A DNA stretch of 64,000 bases from Dicyema japonicum (GCA_011109175.1 RDEW01000024.1:559189-623188); one strand, 5' to 3'. Shown: positions 51,370-64,000, counted from the stretch's first letter. Numbers and translations: made by a program. Notes: generated by a model not told the origin, from the sequence alone.

Positions 51370-54300
51370 CATGTTTGTTTCTCAGAATGAGTTAGAAACA
51401 TTACCAGAGAACCTATCTGCGAATGAATATGAAAGAGAAACTAACAATAACGTAGACATGGTGGTCCATGGAATGCTAACAGAACAGGAAATTTCGCACG
51501 ATAATAGGACTTCTTATACAATCACGTCTCTACGGGTGATGGCTGAATCGTTGACGATATGACAAAGCTGAATGGATCGCACAAGTTGTTGGAACTACCA
51601 AGTCGAGGTTTGGAAGGATGCCTCGGGGTGGGTGGCCGTTAATCGCAGGTATCTTCAATACGCGGTTCGGTATCACCAAATCTGTGGCAAATGCGAAATT
51701 ACTTCTCAAAACTGATGTAAAGAATACTACGTGTCACCAAGAAAGAAATCGGCAGAGCGCCGAGAAGTCGAGATTGCCTGTTTCACTAAGTGTGTGGAAG
51801 AATTTCATGCCGGATTCAAGAGATCAAGTCGATTTCCCGGGATAAACGAAAACCACCATGAAAATTCCTTATCGGTTTCTCAAAAAGGATATTTTATCCA
51901 GATTGAATTATGCTGTGGGATACTATGTCAATAGTATGCCCCCAAATACAATGGGAGATATTACAGATATTCTTTATGCTATACAGTACTCATATGAAAC
52001 ACATTTACTGTTCACAAGGAGGGCGACTGGCTACAATCCATGAATAGGCGACTTACAAAACTAGAGACTCACGCTAAGAAAATCAGCGCACTGGTTGGGT
52101 CATCGGGAAGTCAGAAGTATGATGGCTCAACGAGAGAAGCTTTGTGCGCTTATGCATACAAGAAGTCAAAAAAGGAGATCTGGAGAGAGTGTTGTGTACA
52201 ATTCAATGAATAGATTAGAATTGTTGGAAAAAGATTAGGCAATTGAATATAATTTTTTGTTATTTGAAAGAGAAAGTATATCCTATTTGAATATCTGATC
52301 ATGCTAAAAAAAACACTTAGAAGACGTGTCAAAGTCTTTTATTGGTAAATGATCACTTTTTGACTAAAGAGACGGATCTCTACGGACAGTCTTTGCTTTT
52401 CAAAAGGACAGAATTCATTTTATCCCAAGAACACAACATCGGCCATCCTGGTTTTGGCAAATCGACAAAACTTATTTCAGATAACATGTTGGGATAAAGC
52501 ATGATGTTATTCGCAGATTTATATCAAATTGCGATTCCTGCACAAGCTTTAATTCTCTAAAACATCTGAAGAAATCAAATTGCTCACTGTCTCCAAAAAT
52601 TATGAACGATTTATGGCTGATTGCATCGATCTAAGAAGATATGCTTCGGACAATAATGAATTCAAATGGATTTTAACAGTGATCGATTGTTTCTCCAAGT
52701 ATGCCTGGGCATTTCCGTTTTAATAAAACGGCGGAAAATGCAAAAACTTCATTGGAACATCTTTTTCTGACGGTTGGTTCACCAGTCTACTGATAACGGA
52801 AAAGAATTCCGTAATTCAATTATGACTAATTTTCTGGGCGATTGGAAAGTCAACTCAATTCACGGAAGGCCTAGAAATCCTAAATCACAGGGTCAAGTCG
52901 AACGTTATAACCAAACGCTGGTTAGCAAAAACACTTCGAAACAAAATCAACAAAGTGGGTCGATATTTTGGACAAAACCGTTTATAAATATAACGTGTCT
53001 ACCCATCGGGCGAAGGGAAAATCACCGTTTAAATAATTTCGTGGCTTTTCAGGTTTCAATGTTAGCGCAGTATTTGACTTGGAACTGTCAGATGAGTCAA
53101 TCTTCTGAGGAATGTAATGAGGAGGTTATGATACATTTGGAGAAATATAAGAACAAAACAAAAGAAAACGTCAATAAAAATTTCGGAAATAAAGATATAA
53201 AGATTGGGGACTTGATACGTATAAAAAGAGACTTTGATAACAATAAAATTCCCATTGGAGAGCTTTTTTGAGAGAGAATACCAAGTGATTGAAAAGAAAT
53301 TGCACTCTGTCGAAAATTATTCAGGAAACAAACAGAGAATATCAAAGACCCGAATTAAAAAAATCAACAAAAATTAGATATGTTTTTTACATTCCCTTAT
53401 TTGCTATTAAGGATTTGGTCAGAGTCAATTTTTTAAATGAGTTTGGGTGAATTAAAATTTCTATCAAGCGATAGATTTTTGAACTTTTGCCTTTGTTACG
53501 TTTTCAATTCTTTTGATAATGTGGCAATTGTCCAATTCTTTTGGTTATCATGGAAATACATTGTGATTCCTTTGGTTTCATAAATGACTCCTGTAACCAT
53601 ATGTTTTGGAGTGATAAGTTTGTCAGCTTGGACACGAAAATGGTTCCGTGTTCTCATACTATACGACAATTATTATATAGGACTCATCGAAATTGAACCA
53701 GTTTGAGGCAGTTGACAAGTGTATACGTAGTGCACTTATAAATGGTCGGATTCACTGTAAACCAGCAAATAAAGAAAGATCGTATTTACAGCGAGATTTT
53801 CTTTGAAGGGGATTGACATTTGTTGTATGTAAAAGTGAACGAATATTTCTACATTTTTACAACGACTTGCAGCACAAGTTCAACAAATGTTTGAGGAGAG
53901 CGGGAATCCTATGGATCTTGAACGCAAAGAGAAATCATATGGCCACAAAGAAAAATCATATGGAAAATGGCGCAAAATGCAGCCATTGCAATTCAGCGAA
54001 AAAAACATTGGATCATCTGGCAACAAGGTGTGGAAGAATGCTCAATAGTGACTACCTACGTCATCATAATGAGGTCGTCAGGTGCATACACTTACACCTA
54101 TACAAGCAGTATGGAATAAAGAAATCGAAAAGACTAAAGACTCAGTCAGCACAAACAACTTGTGAAAATTCGCGTTGATACAACAATAGCTAGAGAATAG
54201 AGGATATTTTCGTGTATGACAAATTCAAGAACATAATAACGCTAATAGAAGTGGGAATAACCTCCCAGGGTCTTTGAAAAATGTCGAAGTAGAGAAAGGC

Positions 54301-54530
54301 CACAAGTACGATCTTCTCGCAAGTGAGCTGGGGATAATACACAAAGCGAAAGTGCATGTGGTCACAGTAGTCCTTACTTGGGATGGAGTCGTGAGCAAAT
54401 ACAATAAACATCACTTGAGTCATTTAAAAATAGAATGCTTTGTAGGAATCAATATGGGAACGGTAGCAATCAAAAAAACGATGGAAAGCGTTTTGGGCGG
54501 TCACGTTTTCATGTCTGAGTGTCCTTAAAC
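51370..54530 (+). mobile_element. R4/Dong-like RLE retrotransposon relic interrupted by an integrase element
   Basis: C-terminal CSHC..LDHLATRC..YLRHHNEVVRCIH, DIFVYDK..TLIEVGIT, EKGHKYDLLASEL. The N-terminal remnants at 51370-52330 are a less certain assignment. Confidence 0.75.
52340..53360 (+). mobile_element. Ginger2 / KRBA2-SCAND3-type DDE integrase relic
   Basis: H.GHPG...CDSC zinc motif, ADCIDL, LTVIDCFSKYAWA, TDNGKEF, HGRPRNPKSQGQVERYNQT. Confidence 0.85.
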
Positions 54531-54889
54531 TTGTCGAAATGAAAATGGAATTTCTTGTTAACTAACTCTTTTTGTTTGTTTTAAAATTAAAATAAAATAG
54601 TTATTATAATAAATATTTTTTATAATTAATTTATGTCAAAAATAAAAAATGTTAGTTTTGATATTTTAAAAAACATGCTATTTTCAAGTCAGAGAGTGAA
54701 TAGCCACGCAATCAGGGCAGTTGCTGTATGACCATTTGTTGATTATTTCTTAGAATTTAAATTACTTCTCGTGTTCCGCATTTATTCTTACAATGGGCGT
54801 TGCCGTAAAAGAATTTAAAAAATTAAGAAACAATCAATCTGGTACGGTACCCGCTTTGACTGCGTGGATATTCACTCTCAGCATTGCGA

Positions 54890-55500
54890 GCGGAATAGAC
54901 AAAACATCTTCTGGTAGGATCGTGTTTTTTGCTCGTTTTGATCTCTCGGTCTTCTCAGCGACAGAGCAGCCTTTGAGGCACTTTGATGTAAGTTGCTAAG
55001 GAACGAATGTGTCGATAAAGGTGACAGCACAGACAAGAGGTTTTTAGGCTTCAAAGGGGAGGATGGTCATCTTATCCGGTCGTCTTCCCTCACTTCTGTA
55101 AAGGCCGACTCTTTTGAGCATAGAAGAGTGTCAACAGCATCCAAGGCTCGTCTAACTACTTCGTTCAGGGCCATGTGTCTACGAGATTCCTTTAAGGGAG
55201 TGGGTAGAGACCAAGCAGTCATCGGTATTGTATGCAGCACACAGACTTTCAATCTGGGTCATAATGAGATTCCAATGCGAACGCATTCATCATCTATAAA
55301 AGTACCCACAACTTCATTTGGAATGGTGTTGAACCAGACTCCAATTTCGTAGACAACATACAAGCACAGCGGTGTTGGTTAGATGACACAAGTAGATTCT
55401 CGAAAAACCTTCGCCAAATGGCATTGTCCAGCCTCCGTTGAGAGTTCAAGGAAGGTGAACAAAAACAGATAGGTACGGCTCCAGGTGAATGGTCGGCGTC
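54890..55500 (-). mobile_element. Older CRE relic (only ~50 bp of it survives in the left arm, at 6734-6781)
   Basis: RRHMALNEVVRRAL, RPDKMTILPFE, DTFV. Confidence 0.8.
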
Positions 55501-56382
55501 AGTAGAGAATTTGGAGGGGATGTAGAATTCTCTCACAGGCCAATAGTAACGACAAATAAGCAGAAACTCCCGTTTAGACGAATTAGGGATTCCAGAGTGT
55601 TTCGTGTGAATTATTTCTCTTTTTTGATCAACCGTTCCGTCACTCCATGTGCCCTTTTCAGAAAACCAATGATCATCTTATCATTCCTACAGAAGAAGGA
55701 AGGACCCATGAAGCGAATGAGTAAAAATGCATTGATCGATGATATGCTGGTTGTATAGCACTCACAGGTTCACGGTTTTTCCAAAAATATTTAAAATAAA
55801 GCTTTTAGTGAATTAATGTTAACGGAAGATACTCACTCTAAGAGGACGATTGGCTCAGGATGCATGAAACCCGTGTAACATGTCGTGATGGTCTGCCTTA
55901 CAGCCTTGACTAGTGAATGAATAATTGTTGACGTCAATCACCACGTCAAATGCTAGTGGGTCACTAAAGCTGAGAGATTTTACAAAGCCAGAATACATCT
56001 GGTAGAGTAGGTACCTCAGTTTTGCCGATGCGAAGATTAATCTGAGGGAGAATTAAACGGAGAAATAGCAAGTGGAATATAGAGACCTACAAACACGTTT
56101 ACTATTGCCGCATCGATTTCCAAAATCTCATTTTAAACTAATTCCCCTTGAATAGACCACTCTGAACATGTTTCTTTCACCTTTGCAGAATAGAGTCTGC
56201 TCGTTCCACCGGTCAGCGTTAAACTGCTATGTCAGAAGAACTTGTGGTTAATAGAACATTGACACGAGACTTATGAGAACAATCAAAATCAAGGATTCCC
56301 CCTACCTCCTAAGTGAGCATGCATGAACAATTAATTAAAAACCCATTCCCATTAAATTTGTTAGTCAATCAAGGAAGTGAAA

Positions 56383-56667
56383 TTAATATTGTTGGCTGTT
56401 AATGCTAGCCTTTAAATTAGTGATTAGAATACCAGAAATTTTTTACGACGTTGAATGTAAACATATACTCCGATTGCTGTTACAACAGTGATCACCAAAG
56501 AAGTAACGCTGATAATAATAACGATATTATTATATAAGGTTAGGATTGATTCATATCAGTATAATACGCTGCTGTAAAAGGAGAAAAGGAGATTATGAAG
56601 AATATTGTGGAGAGAAATGATGAAAAAAACTAAAATGCTTAATTGAAAGACAAACCAAAATTCTCAT
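56383..56667 (-). CDS. Membrane microprotein paralog B (1-nt frameshift in the ectodomain: pseudogene or assembly error)
   Basis: Same introns as paralog A. Reads MRILFFSSFLSTIFFIISFSPFTAAYYTDM..SILTLYNNIVIIISVTSLVITVVTAIGVYVYIQRRKKFLASINSQQY*. Confidence 0.55.
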
Positions 56668-58181
56668 GAAATTGGTAAGTATGTCAACTTTTATTCAAAT
56701 TTATTAATGAAAATTTATTAGATAAAATTAAGTATTATTTAAACAATATTTATTTTTATATATTTAATTTATTAATCGAACAATTAAAAAAAAATTTTTT
56801 TTCTGAAAAAACATCAATTGAGATGGCTGAATTTACCATATAAATGTCATTTTAAAGACATCTCCCCCTCCCACCATTGATAGACCACTCTGAACTGTTT
56901 CCATCGCCTTTGCAGTGTAGAGTCTGATCGTTCCACCGATCATCTTTTAAACTGCTGAGACCGAAAAAATCCAATTCCTATCAATTTCCCTAAAGAGAGA
57001 ACGCCTCCAATTATGGATGGTACTCGATATTAAAGTTTAGAATTGTTTGATAAACTTCCATGAATTCTAGAATAACTTTGAGGCCAATACGACGATTCAA
57101 TCACTAAGATCGTGAAACCACTCTAATGGAAAATATGGAATTTTTAAAATCTAAGAACAATCTTCATTTTAGTGACTTCCAAGGGGTAATCAAAGAAATA
57201 GAAGAAATGTATTATGTTAGTAATTCTTACAAGAAAATATCACAGTGACTCATTTTCGTTTGACTATTTTGTGGTTAACTCGATACATTTTAGTTATCCT
57301 CCAGATATATATATCACTCAAATTAAAAGTTTCCAGATCTATCTGATAAGCATGCCAATCAATATAATAAAATAGCTAGTTTTCTTATCTATTTGTTAGA
57401 GTTTTGATCAACATGGTAAATATCAACTATTTATTATGTTATCAGGAGATTCCCAGTTCACCCTTCATCAGTTGATGAATTAGATAAATTTGACTTTTAG
57501 ACAGATGCGATTTAAAACACACAAGTCCGCTGTGTAAATGAATTCATCCATGAAATGAGGGGATTATCTCTTAGAAGGGGGATAAGAATAACTCTATTCC
57601 TCAGACTCTTCCATTGTTTAGAACTTCAGATTTCGACGTCTCTCAACTCCGTGACTTCCATGTGCACGACAAAAAAGTAAACAAAGGCTAGGTAGACAGT
57701 TCGTGCAACGATGATACATCACCAACCGGGAATCACTCCCCCTTTTATAGAAGAAGACTTCCAATGACTCGGAAGGTTTTTTTAACCTCTTTGATAACAC
57801 CGGAAACCCGAAGTTCTAAACAAATCAAGTGTCGAATTCTAGTAGAATCACCATTCGAATCCGATTTACCCAAAATTAATAATATGAAATAACTATTACG
57901 ATTTAAACGGATACCCTGTAATGACATGTGTTGACAGGGGAATAAAAAGTTTAACGTTATAATGAGAAAAAACAGAAATTCCTGATTTTTTTGTTTTCGA
58001 TGAAATCTATAATTTTGTCCCACTTCTTTTATTTGAATGAGCTGACTGGATCACCTTGAAAGACCAAAATGCAAAAATAAAGTCTCAAAGCAAAATCCAA
58101 AAGAAATAAATATCAGAGGCTTTACTAATGATTGTGAACTCCGAGACATATTCAGGAAGTCTGAATAGAAAATTAAATAAC

Positions 58182-58252
58182 AGGCCCCAGAGGGAGTCGA
58201 ACCCTCGACCCTTGGTTTACAAGACCAATGCTCTACCACTGAGCTATAAGCC
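58182..58252 (-). tRNA. tRNA-Thr(UGU)
   Basis: GGCTTATAGCTCAGTGGTAGAGCATTGGTCTTGTAAACCAAGGGTCGAGGGTTCGACTCCCTCTGGGGCCT. D, anticodon and T arms pair; the acceptor 5' strand is one nt short. Confidence 0.9.
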
Positions 58253-59742
58253 AAATTTAATATAGAGAACTATATTTCCAGGCGAAATACGCTCTCCAGC
58301 CATCAGTTTCACGAGTACCCTTGATGACCCTATGGTTCATTGAGCCGATCCTACAGATAGATCGTCTGGCTATGGGCCGAGGATTCCTGACATCTCAACA
58401 GCAAATCGGACAAACAATCTGCTTCGGTAGTTCCTCCTCTTCTGATCCTTGGCTTATATTTTACATGAAATTTTATATTGAAACTTTATATTTTAAATTT
58501 ACTCATATTCAGTATCACAATAAATAATTTTTTATTTATTTAATTTAAATATTTAAATTCGGTAAATAAAAATAAAATAATCAAATTTTTAAAGACAATG
58601 ACTTCGAAAACAGATAATATATGCATTTGGTAAAATTTAAATAATTTTTGTTTTACACCAACATTTTCTTTAAACTCCCAGTACTCTATCGACATTTGCT
58701 TGTAATGAAAACTAAGAAATGGTGTAATAATAAATAAATACAAAAAATGTGGGAACTCCGAGAAGATTTTGGACAAAGGCTTGATCCGAGGGAACGCTCA
58801 CACATCTTGACCTCAGCCAAAAGACTTTAGTTGTTTTATAATATCGCTTTGGAAGATAAATAATCGGACTAGTGTCACTCGATTACTTGGGCCCAGAGGG
58901 AAATCTAGACAGCTACTCTCCACCGTGAATGCGTACCACATAAGCATTTTAGGTAAAATTTAAATAACTTTTGTTTTACACGAAATTTTCGTTTAGACTC
59001 CCAAAACCCGGAAGAATTTGACGCTTTCTAAAAAAACTTTCAAGATTGTATCTCTCCTAAAGTCTTCCCCATTTCTTTTTAATGCGGGCGATTGGAATGC
59101 TAAAGTTGGGGTACAAAAAGGATACGCAAGTTTTATTGGACAACATGGAAGGGGATCAAGCGGAAGACCTCAGCAGTCTGAGGAATCTGGCATCAAATAG
59201 GAGAGGATGGAAGAGACTAATATCTCTGATCATAAAAAGTGGTACGAATGGAATTATAGCTAATATGACAAGTGTTCATTTTTTAGATTGGAATGCTTTT
59301 AATCTGCCTTCCCTCTACTCGGCTGTCCCCCTCTTTGTGTTATCAACGATCTGATGACATGAAGAAATGAAAGCAATTCGGATCTAGAATCCTCAGAGTA
59401 TCAGTTGCAACGACGAGTGCCCATATTATCACCTGGTTAAAAGGAAATAAAATTTACCAACTAACAAAGTGACCCCAGAGTGACAAAGGGGAGCTCCACC
59501 TGACGTGGACGAGATTTTTGGATGGCTCTCCAGAAAAGACATGTGGTTATCTAGGGCGGTTTTACAGTATTTTTCATGGCTTTGTAGCGGGGGTTGCTCG
59601 GCGAGTAACTTCCCTCACCATTGTCGTCCAATTAAACCTGCTGCCAGAGGCGGGGGGAGTGTAAAATTATACTTCTGAGTAAATTATATTATTGCTAATA
59701 ACTAGGAATATAAATATCAAATTTCTTTTCCGAAGGCAAAAA

Positions 59743-60528
59743 ATGTCTTCTGGTGAACGAACTCTGATTTTGGAGGAGGAAGACCGAGAAACAAAAAGGA
59801 TAGCGAAGGCGCTATTAGATTACAACAAATATGACTACATGTGGCCAGATTATAGGGCTGAAGACTTTCTTTGTCTCTTCAACGACGATGCTGCTTCTAT
59901 GCACATCTTTGTTCCCCCTTATGAAAATGAATATCCTAAATATGATAACGAATATACTCCACAAATATTCGAGTCTGAATTTCCCTCAATGACAAACGAT
60001 AATGACTATCCACCAAAATCACCCGTGGACGAATATCCAAGAATGATAAACGAAGACTTTATGTCATACACAATTGAATTTTATCGAAATCTGAACGAAG
60101 GAGTAAGAATAACTGACGACAATATTCCAAATTCAAATGAGTCCTTTCCACCAAAATTAATTGAGGACGAATATCTTCCAAAATCAAATTTATTTACACC
60201 TCAGCCTAACGACGGGTCGCTTTTAAGTGAATTGGAGTATCAGCGGTTTGTAATCTCGGAAGATAGCTTCTCCCAGGAGTTTAACAATAGTATAAGGCTT
60301 AATGATTTAAGTTAAGTTTAATTATGTTTAGAATGTGTTAGAGAGCGGGATTCTAGAAGAATAATTACAGAGTTGATTCAAGAGTTTGGAAGACAAATTC
60401 CGTCTTTAAGAGATTTGAAAAGAAGGACACAACAGAAAATATTAGAGGAAGGCATAAAATACATTGCTGAATTAACTGAAAAAGTGACAAGAAAAAAAGA
60501 AATTTTGAAAAAACTTATGGAAGAATAA
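59743..60528 (+). CDS. Divergent bHLH(-zip)-like protein, paralog B, with an acidic repeat N-terminus
   Basis: A 21-nt intron at 60311-60331 extends the ORF into KCVRERDSRRIITELIQEFGRQIPSLRDLKRRTQQKILEEGIKYIAELTEKVTRKKEILKKLMEE*. Confidence 0.75.
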
Positions 60529-60879
60529 AATATTTAATTAATTAATTTAATTCGATTATTTTTCAAATTAATTAAATTAATTTAAGTTGTAAGTTAGCCC
60601 AGATAGACCATTCAAAGGGTTCTTTTCTTGTAATTGCTTTCATCTATTGTTTAATTCTAAAGTCGTCATGGAATCCAATTTTCAAAAAGATTCTCTCTGG
60701 CTAGCCGGTATACAAAATGGATTTTGCTTTTTTTCAATTTCTCTGAGGTGTTCTCAAAATGGGGGATATGGACGGGCAGGATGTTTAGAAAGGTTGCATT
60801 TCACTTTGACATCGGGAATTGGAATCTCTTATTGTCGACTGTCTCTTCCAAGTAATAAATGAGGAAGTACTGAAAACTA

Positions 60880-61395
60880 CTCGTATAAAGGATGTAGAGG
60901 GAAAACTCTAGTGTAAAGGGGAAGTAGGATCCGGAAGTCTCCATAGCAAAGGAAACAAATTTGACATTATCGGGAAGCTCGCCGTATTTTTCGAGTTTGG
61001 CCTTCTCCGCCTTGACTGCTGCAGAGCAGGCCCTTGAATCGCACTCGTGAAAATTGTTCGGGGCAAACGTGTCTGTACATGTCACGTCCAAAAACAAGTG
61101 GTTTCCCGGTCTCAAAGGAAAATATGGTCATCCCGTCCGGTCGTTTTCTGTCACTTCTGCATAACCCGACAGTTCAAGAATGGCCGAGTATCCGGCAGCA
61201 TCCATAGCCCGCTTGACAATCTCATTCAGAACCTTGTGTCTTGAAGATGTGCCAGTTCTCCTCTTGCAGGCAAGAGGGTGCAGGCCATAACAGCCTATCA
61301 GGACACCACATCGACACGGGTGAGGTACACATACTTTCAGTCCCAGCCGCAGAGAGATGCCACTTCTAACGCATTCATCATTTAGAAAGGTGCCC
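60880..61395 (-). mobile_element. CRE RLE relic
   Basis: PCRCG..HPLAC, RPDGMTIFPL, DVTCTDTF, AEKAKLEKY, FAMETSG. Confidence 0.85.
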
Positions 61396-61399
61396 TACA

Positions 61400-61860
61400 T
61401 AGCCGTCAGGTGATTCCGTCCGCCTCAACTCGCCATCTAATTCTTACTCGGTGTTCCTCCCGGGTTCCAACGCATTTCCAGATTGGGCGGGGTTTTCTAT
61501 CTTTTTGGGGGTAGAAAGGCTCCGGTTTTCCTAACTAATTCCTCAAATGGTGTAGGGTATAGAGGTGTCTGGGAAAACCTTTGCAGAGCCTTACTGGCCA
61601 TTTTTGGAATGTATTGATTTTTTTCATATTCGCGTTTGATAATTTGGTTCCCCATGCAGCACACTCGTAAGTTAGAGACGGTTGAATTGGCTGCACGGAG
61701 AGAGAGTCCAAATTTGAGTTGAAACACCTGTTATAAAATTTAGCTTTCGTTGTGCCGAAAGAGATGAAGGACAAAAGTGAGTCGTGTTTTACGCCCAGTA
61801 TCTTGACCGATTTGCTCGTGGGGATTGAGTTTCCATTTATGGTTACACATGGAGCGGAGT
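61400..61860 (-). mobile_element. LINE post-RT relic
   Basis: KILGVKHDSLLSF, PSLTYECAAWG. Confidence 0.7.
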
Positions 61861-62712
61861 TTGTCGACATTCTGTTTGTTATATAAGACTTTTCGGAAAA
61901 GTATTTAATATTTTCGTTCTTTCTATAAAAATAATTAAAAATCAATAATAAAATATCCCACCGCCCAATTTGGCTGATATCGCCAAGGTTGAGAACCAAT
62001 GTTCTAGGGAATCGGATTTCTACTTACACAGATCTCAGTGAGTGATGATTAGCGATTGGGACGTGAGAACCAATGGTCTAGGAATGGGATTTCTACTCAC
62101 ACTAGATCTCCGAAAAACTCCAACTGGGACGTTATCTATTAAATCATGAGTTCATTATTTACTGTCTTCAAGAAACAAAAATTACCTCATATTCTTGGAT
62201 GATTATTATACTTTGGACTCTGATTGTCACCATTTTGGTCTTGGATTTGTGTCAACATATCTTTATGACCTTGTGGCACGTGTATGGACTGTCCTTGATC
62301 TATTGCAGTCATGCAACTCAAGTTTGGAACGTACCTAATTTTGTCATCTCTATCATCAATTTTCAATGCTCTGACCACTTCCCGGGATGATGCCAACCCT
62401 AAGAGCTCAGTGTGTTCTATCATGTTTGACTGAGACACGTGACTAACTTTTTCATCATTCTGACGTTCATTAGTGGTGACTAGAATGCTAGAGTTGGTAA
62501 AGTGAGGAATGAGAGACTATGCTTGGAACCGCCGAAAATCTTACTTTGTCATAACAGAATATTCACCTCATACGTGGTCAATTTCTAAAACAGTTGGTTA
62601 TAATCCCGAATATCCTATAGTGATAACTTTAATGCCGAATTATTAGCGTTCGACCTATATGACGTGAATTATTTATCGACCATAAATAGCAATTTTATTA
62701 AAACGAACGAAA

Positions 62713-63408
62713 ATGTTGTTGCATTTAGTATTGATGAGCTCGGTCTTGGGAATCTCTTATAATCCATTAGATAGTCCAATGCTATTTAGCGTATATTTGA
62801 CATATTAATTTTTAGAATCAAAGTATTATTTTTATTCAAAGTTTAATAAGGATTTGGAAGGTTATATTATTTTAAATTTTTAGGAATAATTTTAATAGCT
62901 AAGTATGATGATCTAGATGTAATAGTTTAATTAAATTTTAGGCTTGTTTGAGGGCATTCTTGCAACTTGATGTTGAAAATTTGGAAGAAAATGAAAAAAA
63001 TCAACATTTAGTTGTAAAATACTAACCATGTAGATTTATTTCATTGGAAATGTTTCAGCTGCTTTACAGATATTGATTAATAGTCAGACAACCATTACTG
63101 AAAAAACAAAGAAAGATGCAAGAAGAGTAAAAAATATACTAGATCTGATAATATATGCGTTTTCGATAAATAAATGTTTATCCTAATATTATATTTTAGT
63201 ACATGACATTTACTTAATTGTCTCAGAAATATTGCTTGTATTTATAAGTATAATTTTTAGATGAATATTAAAAACAATATCCCTAAAGAAAATATTTTGG
63301 TAACAAAATTACTCAGTTTAGATACATAGTGTAAAAATTTGCATAAAATATTTTATATCAATAATAGAAGCGATAACAGACAGTATCCCTGTAGTTCTTC
63401 AAAATTAA
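62713..63408 (+). CDS. Predicted secreted orphan protein, ~180 aa, 7 exons
   Basis: Signal-like MLLHLVLMSSVLG and six 22-25-nt GT-AG introns. Exons 2-7 splice into a continuous frame ending ..DSIPVVLQN*. One frameshift is needed near the exon 1/2 junction. Confidence 0.7.
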
Positions 63409-64000
63409 TCCTTCCGTTACTAATTTAAACTCTGGTTTTGTTAGACTTGGGAATAATTTGGGTTTCTATTCTTTTGGTTGTTTCATACTTTTGCTTCTCA
63501 TAAATTATTAATGACTTTATTCAAATCTCTCGCCTTTTCGGATAGAAATTCTTTTAGCTTTTGAAAAATATAGCTGATTAGGTCAGTCTGTAACAATTTT
63601 TTATTTTCATAATGATTTGTATCTGAAATCTGATGATCATAGGTCCCATTCATTTACTACCCATTTCGAATCTAGTCTCGTCCATCTCAATTTGAGATTC
63701 CAGGTATCTCTCTTGTTTCTTGCCTTAAGATTCCAATGACGAATCAACATGGAACTTGACTGTCCACTAGGAATGGATTGTCAACCAACAGAAAGAAAAT
63801 AAGTCAATAACATTCCTGATGCCTTGTCCCCATTATCATAACTGTTCTTTAAATAAAAATTGTTTCTTGCCAATGTGTAAGTTACTAGTGTAGACACCAC
63901 TAGAAAATGGGTTTTGGTATTAACCACATTTTAGTTCACAATAAAGCCAAAATGCTCATTGATGAAGGCTGTAAACAAAATGCCACTTTGTTTTAGAATT

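Larger units (their letters stand above)
54595..57877. repeat. Right arm of inverted segmental duplication
   Basis: Reverse complement of 1021-6960, lacking the CRE insertion and 1103-1537. Confidence 0.95.

Noticed and set aside
1021-57877. Whole block as one giant TIR transposon (Maverick or similar)
   Set aside because: The interior holds ordinary housekeeping genes with no polB, capsid or matching transposase. The arm ends are ragged and show no TSD.
63420-64000. Possible minus-strand gene at the window end
   Set aside because: No consistent frame or motif within the available sequence.

Overview
AT-rich eukaryotic genomic DNA, not prokaryotic. It carries a few compact host genes split by very short (mostly 21-26 nt) spliceosomal introns, embedded in dense decayed transposons. 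I reconstructed by hand-splicing: CCT6 (-), Rho-GDI (+), HCCS (-), UXT (+), a PKN-like AGC kinase (-), a DnaJ C-terminal-domain protein lacking a J-domain (-), two paralogous divergent bHLH-like genes (+), a secreted orphan (+), two paralogous ~75-aa single-pass membrane microproteins, and tRNA-Thr(UGU). The gene set and intron sizes suggest a genome-reduced animal parasite such as a dicyemid; this is inference, not verified. The window is bracketed by an inverted segmental duplication (about 1.0-7.0 kb versus 54.6-57.9 kb). The left copy holds a near-complete PHD-finger CRE-type retrotransposon with a 10-bp TSD, and the right copy preserves the empty site. The duplicated microprotein diverges almost only in its ectodomain. 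Other mobile DNA: an Ingi/Vingi-like LINE with a 2A StopGo motif, a MULE with long TIRs and nested Tc1 and hAT pieces, a hAT deletion derivative, RTE, R4-like and Ginger-like relics, and a tRNA-derived SINE. Single-base homopolymer frameshifts in essential genes suggest residual assembly error. Boundaries of degenerate relics are approximate.
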